DNA from: Isurus oxyrinchus
Taxonomy: Eukaryota
Reading direction: 5' to 3'
Assembly (NCBI GenBank): GCA_026770705.1
Contig: JANJGN010000019.1
Coordinates: 39,370,001 to 39,434,000 of the forward strand
Length of the DNA: 64,000 nucleotides
The position numbers were made by a program, and so were the translations under genes. The number at the start of each line of letters is the position of its first letter. Positions within the stretch are counted from its first letter, which is position 1. The notes beneath the pieces were generated by a model. It was not told the DNA's origin. It searched no databases and saw only the letters and a list, made by a program, of their open reading frames with translations. Positions 14,481 through 24,432 of this stretch are shown here, piece by piece.

Positions 14481-14776
14481 CACTCGTATCTCACGTTCTT
14501 TTGACATGTCTCCCAATGCAGTTGCTTTGGAATTTCAAAAATGAAGCTACTTGCAATATTAGTCCAAAAGCAATGAAATGGATTTATCACATTCCAGGTG
14601 TAAATGCATTTGAAGAGGGAAGAAAGTAAATTAAGATGAATCAAATATTTATGAAAATCAATATTTCCAAATATATTAGTTGTCAATTAGCCAATAAAGA
14701 TTTTAACAAAATTAATTATTCATCTTTGAGTACAAACCGATACCCAGCATATATGTTCTAAATAATGGAACTCTAC

Positions 14777-15505
14777 CTTTATAGACTTATCCATGGAAGC
14801 AGAGAGCAGTAAGTGACTATGTTGCTGCACAGGACACCATTCTATTGTAGTTACTGGTCCCTTGTGCTGAGAGATGTGGAACACCAAGCGTTTTGGTATG
14901 TCTGAAGTTTTGCATTGGTTTTCCAGGTAGGGCTTAATGAAGTCTGAAATTCTACTCAACAGACTTAACTGATGTTCTTCTGGTGGAGTATGGTTTTTCT
15001 CAGAGTTCAAAACTTCTGTGCTGTCTTTGCTTTCATAAGTTACTTCTTTCTGCCTCAGTCTTTTGGGTATGTAAGGCTTAATATTTTGAGCAGCAGCCAT
15101 TGAGTCTTGAAATAATCTCTTCTGAGCCGAGGGCACCATCTTGGCAGGAATTCTATCAGATTTCTGCATCAGGTCCAATCCATTTTTATAGTTATTTTTA
15201 GAAAACTGAAAATATGTCTCATCATTTAAAGACATCTCTGGAGGTCTGGGAGTTACACGGAGGTCTCTCTCTGCATAATTCGGTGTACTGCGCCAATTGT
15301 ATTCCTTATTGCTACTTCCAGTAGATGCAACTTTTAACTCGAAACCACATCGAGAAGATTCCAATCCTGTGATGGTTGGAAGTACAGACTGACATTGAAA
15401 TCTAGAGTGAACAAAATCATCTTTTCTCTGAAGAAAATTGACTTCTTCACTTTTGTCATTGTCTGTTTCAGAATCTGAAGACTCATAGGCAACCAGAGAA
15501 TTCAT
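14777..15505 (-). CDS. WDR25: WD repeat-containing protein 25, first coding exon (243 codons; the rest of the gene lies beyond the left window edge)
   Basis: Translates MNSLVAYESSDSETD...KPYIPKRLRQ...HKGPVTTIEWCPVQQHSHLLLSASMDKSIK, resembling the vertebrate WDR25 N-terminus and first WD repeat. Kozak-like GCCACATG; acceptor ttacag at 15514-15519; phase-0 donor AAG|GTAGAG at 14777/14776. Head-to-head with WARS1 as in human. Confidence 0.9.
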
Positions 15506-16744
15506 GTGGCAATCTGTAATGGATAGGATATGCACTCTGCTTCTGGCTGTGAACCTGATGGAGCTTCCTGTAATGACAACATTTTTATTAATTTTAAGAA
15601 TGAAAGTTGTCTTCTTAGACATTATGATGCAATTTTCTACTTTTTAAACTACTACTGTGCCTTTAATATTTTTACTCCAAAAGGTTATCTTACATCTCTA
15701 TGGATTATTTCCCTCCTTTCTAATAAAAGCACATTGTAAGTTCATTACAGACTAGGTGATATTCATGTTTGAAGCAAGCATAGTAAGAAAACCAGATATC
15801 CCTGCTGTAACAATACTCAGCTGCGCAGATGTTAATGGATCATATGGAATGGCAAGGCTATATAGAACATTTGCCAGTCCCATGTTTTATTAGCACTACA
15901 CACAAAACCAAAACTTAAAGTCTACATATTTATTGCTATGAATGAAAAGTATTAGAGACAAGAAGATTGAAAACCCATTTAAATATATTCAAGAAGGGAG
16001 AAAGAGTTAAGCCATTTAACCATAGACCTTTAATCCCAATATCATTGAGTGTGAAAGTTTCTAGAGGCCATAATACACAATCAAATTAAAACTCACCGAG
16101 AAGCAGAATAAAAATGAAGGCCAGGATGTGTAAAATGGAAGTTATGTCTGACAAATTTAATAGAAATGTTTGAGGAAATAAACTATCTTGACAAAGAAAT
16201 GCTGTGTATATACCGATTTCCAAAAGACATATGATAAAATACCACATAAGGGACTTTCAAAAAATTTTGAGACACATTTCAAAAGATTTGATATGGTAAA
16301 ATTATATTAGATGTTTATTTAAAGAGAGAGACTTGTATGTGTTTGTTTGTGAAAGAAACAAAATAAGTGGTGATTGCACCCCTGTTGCATTTTAAGTGTT
16401 CTATAAAATTTATAAACTGTATTAATCAGGGGGTGGGTTGGGATGGGGGGATGCAGAAGGAAAGAAGGAAGTAACTTCGATGCATATTAGTTAAACTGCA
16501 CAAAAAAGTTGAATTTACAAGCCAACTAATTATTTCAAGAGAGGGATATGATAGAGGATGAACTAGTTACGGGTATGGGAATGTTTGCGTTCTTTAACAC
16601 ATCCACTAACAGTAAGGTGGACTAGTGGCAGGGGAAAACTAGATTATGGTGAGTCACGGTGCAGGAAAGAGAAGGTACATGTATGAGCAAGCAGTGGGAG
16701 AGAGCAATTTGAAGAAAAGGAATCAGGGGAAGATGAAGGGTTAA

Positions 16745-17004
16745 AAGCAAAATACTGCAGATACTGAAAATCTGAAACAAAAACAAAAATTGCTGGAAAA
16801 ACTCAGCAGGCCCAACAGCATCTGTGGAGAGAAGTTGACAGTCCGGATGACTCTTCTTCAGAACTAAAGAGAAGTAGAAATGTAGTGAAATGTACACTGT
16901 TTAAGGGGGGTGGGGCAGATGAGGCTGGATAGAAGTGATAGGTGGAGACAAAGGAGAGATTGCAAAAGATGTCATAAACAAAAGGTCGAAGGGGTGTTGA
17001 TGGT
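16745..17004 (-). mobile_element. Penelope-like family A, single arm
   Basis: Closely similar to 35066-35340 (aagcaaaatactgc...gatgactcttcttcagaac...aaaggtcgaaggggtgttgatggt). Confidence 0.75.
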
Positions 17005-17580
17005 TAGATGAAGGCTAGATAAAGGTTAGATGTAGGGTTAATGTGATGCAGGGGACTCGCAGGGGACTTGGTGAGAGATGAGTATTTTAGTGATGAGTTG
17101 TGAAAATAGCTGCTGAGGATACAAATTCCCTGCAATGCCCATCTCAAATGTAGCTTATGGCCACTGATGTTTCCTTTCACCACCATGCCATGTCGTACCA
17201 TATTACACCATATCACCCACGACCTCCCTGGTAAAAGATAATCAGAAGAGGATAGAGAAAGAGGCAAAATAGTTAAGTGTCAGAAGAGCGAAAAAAGGGA
17301 AACCACAACACAAAGGGAGCAAAGTGCTAAGAGAGACTATATTCCACACTGGGAAATGCACCTAGGTTTACAAAGCTTAAATCTGCACATAGCTGCCGTC
17401 AACATTTTACCTTTGTAAATTCCGAATCCATATTTATAGTGGAAATTAGCTATTTAAATGTCATCCTGTAATTACATCCTTCACCAAGAGGTGACCAAAT
17501 TCAATCTGTATGCTTAAGTCTAATTATTCTCCAATACCACTTTGCCTGAAAATTAGTTTGTCTTGACGTGTGTGCAAAGT

Positions 17581-18545
17581 CAACAACAACTTATATTTAT
17601 ACAGGGCCTTTAACGTAATAAACGTCCTAAGGCAATTCTCTGGAACATTAAAAAACAAAAGCCACAAAAGGAGATACAAGATCAAATGACCAAAAGCTTG
17701 GTCAAAGTGGTAAGTTTTAAGCAATGTCTCAAAGGAAGTAAATGAGGTGGAATGGAAGAGCACTACTGGGAGGGATTCCAGAGCTTAGGGCCTAGGCAGC
17801 TAAAGGCATGGCCACCAATGCTAGAGAGACTAAAATCAGGGATGCTCAAGAGGTCAGAACTGAATGCGTGCAAATATCTCAGAGGGTTGTGGAGCTGGGG
17901 GAAATCAGAGATAAAGGAAGTGTGAGGCCATGGAGGGATTTGAAACCATGATGGGAATTTTAAAATCAAGACATTGCTTGACCGAGAGCTAATGGCAGGG
18001 AGCAGATGGTGATATGTGAATGAGACTTAGTGCAAGTTAAGGTACTTGCAGCAGAGTTTTGGATGACCTCAAGTTTATGGGGAGTGGGAGATAGGTGACC
18101 AATCAGTAGTGCATTGGGATAGTCAAGTCTAGAGATAACAAAAGTAGAACTGAGTGTTTCAGAAGCAGATGAGCTGAGACAAGGGCAAACTTGATGATAT
18201 TACAGGGATGGAAATAGGCTCTTAGTGATGGCGTGCTTATATGAGTAGGAGCTCATCCCTGGGCCAAATGTGACACTAAGGTTGCAAACAGACTGATTTA
18301 GTCTCAAACTGTTATCAGGGAGAGGGAAGGTGTTGGTAGCTGGGAACCAGAGTTTGGAGCAGGGACTGGAAACAATGGTTCAATCTTCCTATTATTTAAT
18401 TGGAGGAAACTTTGCTTATCCAGTACTCGATGTCTGATAAACAGTCTGATAATTTTGCAACAGTGGAGGAATTGAGGTAGTGGTGATGTAGAGCTGGGTG
18501 TAATCAACATACATGTGAAAACTTACAGTGTGGTTTTGGATGGGA
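17581..18545 (-). mobile_element. L2-clade LINE 3' fragment
   Basis: GGHAFSCLGPKLWN and FETLLKTYHFDQAF, typical of the L2 C-terminus; (CAA)n tail. Confidence 0.75.
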
Positions 18546-18682
18546 CAGCATTTAGATGAGAGCTGGCAGAGCCACAACTTTTCTGACATATAAATTTTGG
18601 CTTTTTTTTATATAAAGATGCAAAAATAGCAGTTGCTCCATACAATAAATTATGCCGTTAGGCCATAATGAACAAAACTTGA

Positions 18683-18836
18683 AACAAAAGAGAAAATGTT
18701 GGAAAAACCCAGCGGGTCTGGCAGCATCTGTGGGGACAGAAACAGAGTTAACATTTCCAGTCCCCCATTTTAACTTCTTCTGAGTTTTTTCTGCACTTTG
18801 TTTTTGTTTCAGATTTCCAGCATCCACAATTTTACA
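18683..18836. mobile_element. Penelope-like family A, fold-back insertion with 12-bp TSD
   Basis: AACAAAACTTGA at 18671-18682 and 18837-18848; inverted arms. Confidence 0.75.
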
Positions 18837-18910
18837 AACAAAACTTGACCAGTCTGCCTATCAGACCTACTAGGATATACAGATGCCCCTATGCAGTAGT
18901 GCGTTAGATT

Positions 18911-21285
18911 TTTTTTTTGGAAAAATATATTTTATTCATAAAATATCTGAAAGAACATCACAAACATTTCTAAATGGCCATCACAAAAAGTACAATCATA
19001 TTCAATTTTTACACATGGATCTCGAGCTGCTTCAATACAATCAATGAATAATAAAGTCATTTAAATATGATCATTACAGACAGACAGTACAATGGTATTG
19101 GAATTATCTACATATATCATGTTGCACTCTGAGGTGCTTCAACGCAGTTATGATGCATTTAGTATTCACTACATACAGTATTCACAACATACATTCATTG
19201 TGAGTCATACAGCCCAAGGGGTCTACACAGTCCCTGGTCCCTCGGTGCACTATGTCAGAAAGGTCTTAGACAGCGACCTCTCCCCAATGCGCCTTTGCAA
19301 CAGCTGCCCCAAGCTTTAGTGCATCCCTCAGCACGTAGTCCTGGACCTTGGAATGTGCCAGTCTACAACACTCGGTTAAGGACAACTCTTTGCACTGGAA
19401 GACCAACAAATTTCAGACAGACCAAAGAACATCTTTCATCGAGTTGATGATCCTCCAGCTGCAGTTGATGTTTGTCTTGGTGTATGTCCCTGGGAACAGC
19501 CCATAGAGCAGAGTCCCGTATCACAGCACTGCTGGGGATGAACCTCGACAAAAACCACTGCATCTCTCTCCAGGCCTTCTTTGCAAAGCCACATTCCACA
19601 AAGAGGTGAACAAAAGCCTCTTCTTCACCACAGCCACCTCGAGGGCAATGTGCAGAGGGGGTGAGACTCCTGGCGTGTAGGAAGGATCTGACGGGGAGGG
19701 CCTTTCTCACCACCAGCCAAGCTACATTGTGGTGCTTGTTGGAAAGTTCTGGCGATGAGAAATTCTGCCAAATGACTTTGACAGTCTGCTCGGGGAACCA
19801 TCCCACAGGATCCACCATCTCCTTTTCCTGCAGGGCTTCCAGGATGTTACTGCCTGATGGGCTTGATGCAGCCAAACACAAAGGTGGTCATCAGGATGAG
19901 GGTGATGTTGGGCATGTTTTTCCCCCTTTATCTAGGGGTTTGTATATCACATCCCTGTGAACATGATCCATTTTTGATCTCCAGATAAAGCAAGAAATGA
20001 ATTTGGGTGATCACCACCGCGCAGGAGTAAGGAATAGGCCAGACCTGTGCCACATACAGTAACACCAAGAGTGCTTTACATCTGATGACCTGGTTCTTAT
20101 CTGCAATGGAGACGGAGCGTCGCTCCCACATGCCCAGTTTTCTTTCCACCATAGCCACTCGCTCCTTCCAGTTTCTAACGCATGCCCCAGTCCCTCCAAA
20201 CCATATCCCCAGCACCTTCAAGCCATCTGACCTGATGGTGAAGGGGACAAAGGATCAGTCAGCCCAGCCCAGTCCAAAGAACATGGCCTCACTCTTACCA
20301 CAATTTACCTTGGCTCCCGAGGCCAGTTCGAATTGGTCACAGATGTTGATCAGTCTGCGCACCGATAGCAGATCTAAGCAGAAGACAGCAACATCGTTCA
20401 CGTACAGGGAGGCTTTGACCTGTGTGCCTCCACTGCCTGGGAACATCGCTCTTCCTATGCCCAGATCCTTCCTGATAGACTCAGCAAAGGGTTCTATGCA
20501 ACACACAAACAGGACAGGGGAGAGAGGGCAGCCCTGTCTGACTCCAGATTTAAATCGGAAAGCTATCTGATTCCCACCCATTGATTGAAACTGTGCTACT
20601 GATATTAGTGTAGAGCAGTTGGATCCAGTTACAGATTCCCTCCCTAAACCCCATTTTGGAGAGCACATCCACCATGTAGGTGTGTAATATTCTGTCAAAG
20701 GCCTTCTCCTGATCCAGGCTGATAAGAGGTAGGCGAGCGCATCCCTGAGTAGCAGAAGGCTGTCAAGAGATCTTCCTGCCGGGCACAGCACAGGTCTGGT
20801 CAGGGTGGATCACCGACTCCAGAGCAGACTTGACCCGATTGGCGATGACCTTGGGCAGAATCTTATAGTCCACATTCAACAATGAAATGGGTCACCAAAT
20901 TCTAATTTCCTCCCTTTCCCACTTCTGCTTGTCTAACATGCTGCCGGCCAGGAGCATACTCCCTACACTTTTATCAGGTCTGGGCCGATGCAGTCCCACA
21001 GAGCCGAATACAACTCAGCCGGTAAGCCGTCGCTTCGGGGAGTTTTACTCTTCTCAAAGGACTCAAGGGCCTTAGTCAGTTTGTCAGGAGTTGGTGGTTT
21101 GACCAGACTCTCCCGTGTACTGTCTTTTATTTTTGCAAAAATATACTTTATTCATAAAATATCTTCAACCACATTCCAAACCATTTCAAAATCACCATTA
21201 CAAAGGTACAATCAGGTTCAACTTTTACAACATGTATCACAAGGTGCATCAGTACAAACAATGAATATACTCTCCCGTGTACTGT
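18911..21285 (-). mobile_element. 5'-truncated L1/Tx1-clade LINE
   Basis: SGVRQGCPLSPVLF, YVNDV (YxDD-derived), CPRGGCGEEEAFVHLFVEC C-terminal Zn knuckle; polyA tail (T-run near 18909-18918); TSD CGTTAGATT at 18902-18910 and 21286-21294. Confidence 0.88.
21125..21268 (-). mobile_element. Short 3'-end fragment of a related L1/Tx1 element nested in the first, 18-bp TSD
   Basis: ACTCTCCCGTGTACTGTC at 21107-21124 and 21269-21286; body resembles the 3'UTR at 18920-19050. Confidence 0.8.
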
Positions 21286-21554
21286 CGTTAGATTATCCCT
21301 GATAACAGCACCGGGGCACTGACTCTGTGACCCGTTCAGACTGGGGCTGACACCGCCAGCTCCACCTTTACGGTCAACAGACCGATTTTTGAGTGAGTCG
21401 CTTAAAACTATGGATAAAAGAAAGCCCATCTTTCATATGGTGGGAAATATTAGACATTTAGATTAATATCATCATCATCATCATCAACAGCAAAGCTTAA
21501 ACTAAAGACCCACCAACTTCCGGTCCCACCTCCTGTCCGCTCCGCTCTACTCAC

Positions 21555-21600
21555 CCCCGCAACGACCTGATTTATGTTTAGTTCCGGATGTGAATGCGAC
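21555..21600 (-). other. WDR25: Probable non-coding exon 1 of WDR25 (5' boundary unknown)
   Basis: Minus-strand consensus donor GGG|GTGAGT at 21554-21549 inside the CpG island. The start site cannot be determined from sequence. Confidence 0.5.
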
Positions 21601-21649
21601 TTCTTCAGGGGTTCGATCGCGTCAGAGCGGAGAAGCTTTTCGTTAAATC

Positions 21650-21786
21650 GTCGGGTCGCGGAGGGGGAAGGAGGGCGGACCGCCGGCGGCCCAGTGGGGA
21701 AGAGCCGCCTGCCTCGCGGTTCATTCAGAGCGGGTGCGGAGCGTCTTGGCCGCGAAAGTCTAAATGTTTCTGATGCAATCGGGGCT
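21650..21786 (+). other. WARS1: Probable non-coding exon 1 of WARS1 (5' boundary unknown)
   Basis: Donor GCT|GTAAGT at 21786/21787 at the right edge of the CpG island; matching acceptor ttcacag|G at 23869/23870. Confidence 0.6.
21771..21779 (+). promoter_or_regulatory. C/EBP-ATF response element (CARE/AARE), TGATGCAAT
   Basis: Exact match to the ATF4/CEBP composite core TGATGCAAT, located in the first exon of an aminoacyl-tRNA synthetase gene. Confidence 0.6.
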
Positions 21787-21877
21787 GTAAGTGAGGAGAT
21801 GGAACCCGGCTGGGGTTATCGGGGGGGGGGGGGGGGGGGCGGGGGGAGGTGAGGATGTTTCCCACTGGGGTCTGGAC

Positions 21878-23810
21878 CCGGGATGTGAGTGAGGGCCCCC
21901 CACCCCCGGGATGTGAGTGAGGGCCCCCCACCCCCGGGATGTGAGTGAGCGAGGGCCCCCCACCCCCGGGATGTGAGTGAGCGAGGGCCCCCCACCCCCG
22001 GGATGTGAGTGAGCGAGGGCCCCCCACCCCCGGGATGTGAGTGAGCGAGGGCCCCCCACCCCCGGGATGTGAGTGAGCGAGGGCCCCCCACCCCCGGGAT
22101 GTGAGTGAGCGAGGGCCCCCCCACCCCCGGGATGTGAGTGAGCGAGGGCCCCCCACCCCCGGGATGTGAGTGAGCGAGGGCCCCCCACCCCCGGGATGTG
22201 AGTGAGCGAGGGCCCCCCACCCCCGGGATGTGAGTGAGCGAGGGCCCCCCACCCCCGGGATGTGAGTGAGCGAGGGCCCCCCACCCCCGGGATGTGAGTG
22301 AGCGAGGGCCCCCCACCCCCGGGATGTGAGTGAGCGAGGGCCCCCCACCCCCGGGATGTGAGTGAGGGCCCCCAACCCCCGGGATGTGAGTGAGTGAGCG
22401 AGGGCCCCCCACCCCCGGGATGTGAGTTAGTGAGTGAGGACCCCCCACCCCCGGGATGTGAGTGAGTGAGCGAGGACCCCCCACCCCCGGGATGTGAGTG
22501 AGCGAGGGCCCCCCACCCCCGGGATGTGAGTGAGCGAGGGCCCCCCACCCCCGGAATGTGAGTGAGCGAGGGCCCCCCACCCCCGGGATGTGAGTGAGCG
22601 ATGGCCCCCCACCCCCGGGATGTGAGTGAGCGAGGGCCCCCCACCCCCGGGATGTGAGTGAGCGAGGGCCCCCCACCCCCGGGATGTGAGTGAGCGAGGG
22701 CCCCCCACCCCCGGGATGTGAGTGAGCGAGGGCCCCCCACCCCCGGGATGTGAGTGAGCGAGGGCCCCCCACCCCCGGGATGTGAGTGAGCGAGGGCCCC
22801 CCACCCCCGGGATGTGAGTGAGCGAGGGCCCCCCACCCCCGGGATGTGAGTGAGCGAGGGCCCCCCACCCCCGGGATGTGAGTGAGCGAGGGCCCCCCAC
22901 CCCCGGGATGTGAGTGAGCGAGGGCCCCCCACCCCCAGGGTGTGAGTGAGCGAGGACCCCCCTGCCCCCGGGATGTGAGTGAGCGAGGGCCCCCATGCCC
23001 CCGGGATGTGATGAGTGAGTGAGGACCCCCCACCCCCGGGATGTGAGTTAGTGAGTGAGGACCCCCCACCCCCGGGATGTGAGTTAGTGAGTGAGGACCC
23101 CCCACTCCCAGGGTGTGAGTGAGGGCCCCCCCTCCACATTCCCGGGATGTGAGTGAGCGAGGGCCCCACACCACTGGGATGTGAGTGAGGGCTCCCCTCC
23201 ACCACGCCCCAGGGATGTGAGTGAATGAGGGCCCCACACCCCCGGGATGTGAGTGAGTGAGGGCCCCCCCCCCCCGCCACACGACCCCGGGATGTAAGTG
23301 AGTGAGGGCCCCCCCCCCGGGATGTGAGTGAGTGAGGCCCCCCCAAAACTTCATAGCAAACCCAACTGATAAATCTGCAACCAACCCCCAACCCCAAAAA
23401 TCAGGCAAGAAACCAGTAATTTAATGAAAATTTCCATTTCTTTTCAAGAATAAAGTGACATGCTCGGTAACAATAAAGAATAAAAAGGTGGTGGTGGCAG
23501 TAGGGGGGTTGGGAAGGAGGGAAAAGAAATCCGACATATGCCAGGGGCCCCCTGTGTGAGCCCCCCCCCCCCGATGTGTGTGAGTGAGGCCCCTCCACCT
23601 CACCCACGGGATGTGAGTGCGCGACGGCCCCCCACCCCCGGGATGTGAGTGAGCAAAGGCCCCCCACCCCCGGGATGTGAGTGAGCGAGGACCCCCCACC
23701 CCTGGGATGTGAGGGAGGAGGGCCCCCCCACCCCCGGAATATGAGGGAGGGGCCCCACTCCCGGGATGTGAGTGAAGCGCCCCACCCACCCCTGGGATGT
23801 GCGGGAGGGG
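21878..23810. repeat. 32-bp GC-rich minisatellite (VNTR) in WARS1 intron 1
   Basis: Unit CACCCCCGGGATGTGAGTGAGCGAGGGCCCCC. About 33 near-perfect copies at 21878-22940, degenerate copies to ~23340 and again at ~23545-23810. The 32-aa period of the ORF translations (3 units) confirms the unit length. Confidence 0.97.
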
Positions 23811-23925
23811 CTTGAGGCTTAGACTGAGTATGAGTTCCTTGTCGTAATTACTATCTGGCTTATTCACAGGTCCAAATATTAAGTGGTCCATTTTGAAGAG
23901 AGTGTCAGCTCCTCCCAAGTGCAAA

Positions 23926-24018
23926 ATGTCTTTATCGACAACCCCCATGGAATTGTATGGGAAAGTGGCTGCCCAAGGGGACACTGTCCGACTGCTAAAG
24001 TCAAACAAAGCAACAAAG
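23926..24018 (+). CDS. WARS1: Tryptophanyl-tRNA synthetase coding exon 1 (exon 2; N-terminal half of the WHEP domain)
   Basis: MSLSTTPMELYGKVAAQGDTVRLLKSNKATK|gtgaaa; WHEP signature QG..VR.LK; 93 nt, phase 0. The exon starts at 23870. Confidence 0.9.
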
Positions 24019-24432
24019 GTGAAATATCTGCACTGCATTAATGCATAAAGTTAGTACCAGCCTGTGTAAATCTGACTAGGATTTTAAATTGACCTGATGT
24101 TACAACATCTTTTTCAATTTTATAAACAGGATCTAAGAAATGTGAAATATTCATAAATTTATAGGCTGTTTATGTGCCTCTTTTCTGTTTTTAAAGAGCT
24201 GTTTTTAAAAATTGCTTTTTATATGAATACATGGAGCATTACTCCTCTCATGCCATAGCATCACCCCAAACCTAACTATTTGTACTCTGAAAACCCATTA
24301 AACACCACAAAGATTTTAGAAAAAAATATAATTTTTTTCTAAAAATGTTTGAGAAATCTCACATTTTAGAATAATAAATTGGATGATTATGTACATCAAT
24401 AAAACATAAAAATAGAAATTTTTTTAGCCCAC

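Larger units (their letters stand above)
21300..21880. promoter_or_regulatory. CpG-island bidirectional promoter shared by WDR25 and WARS1
   Basis: Sharp CpG enrichment in an otherwise CpG-poor window. ETS/GABP motif ACTTCCGGT 21516-21524, CCGGATGT 21584-21591, GC box GGGCGG 21673-21678, E2F-like GCCGCGAAA 21749-21757. Divergent splice donors at 21554 (-) and 21787 (+). Confidence 0.8.

Noticed and set aside
15506-15622. 39-aa N-terminal extension of the WDR25 ORF
   Set aside because: It crosses a splice acceptor at 15514-15515. Homology and Kozak context start at ATG 15505.
21878-22940. Possible CRISPR array, or AAV Rep-binding (GAGY)n array
   Set aside because: Units are contiguous with no unique spacers and the context is eukaryotic. 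The GAGTGAGCGAG resemblance is short, with no ITR or viral ORF nearby.
21725-23408. Long Gly/Pro/His-rich ORFs of 189-545 aa on the - strand
   Set aside because: They are translations of the 32-bp minisatellite, which lacks stops on that strand. All three frames give the same periodic peptide.
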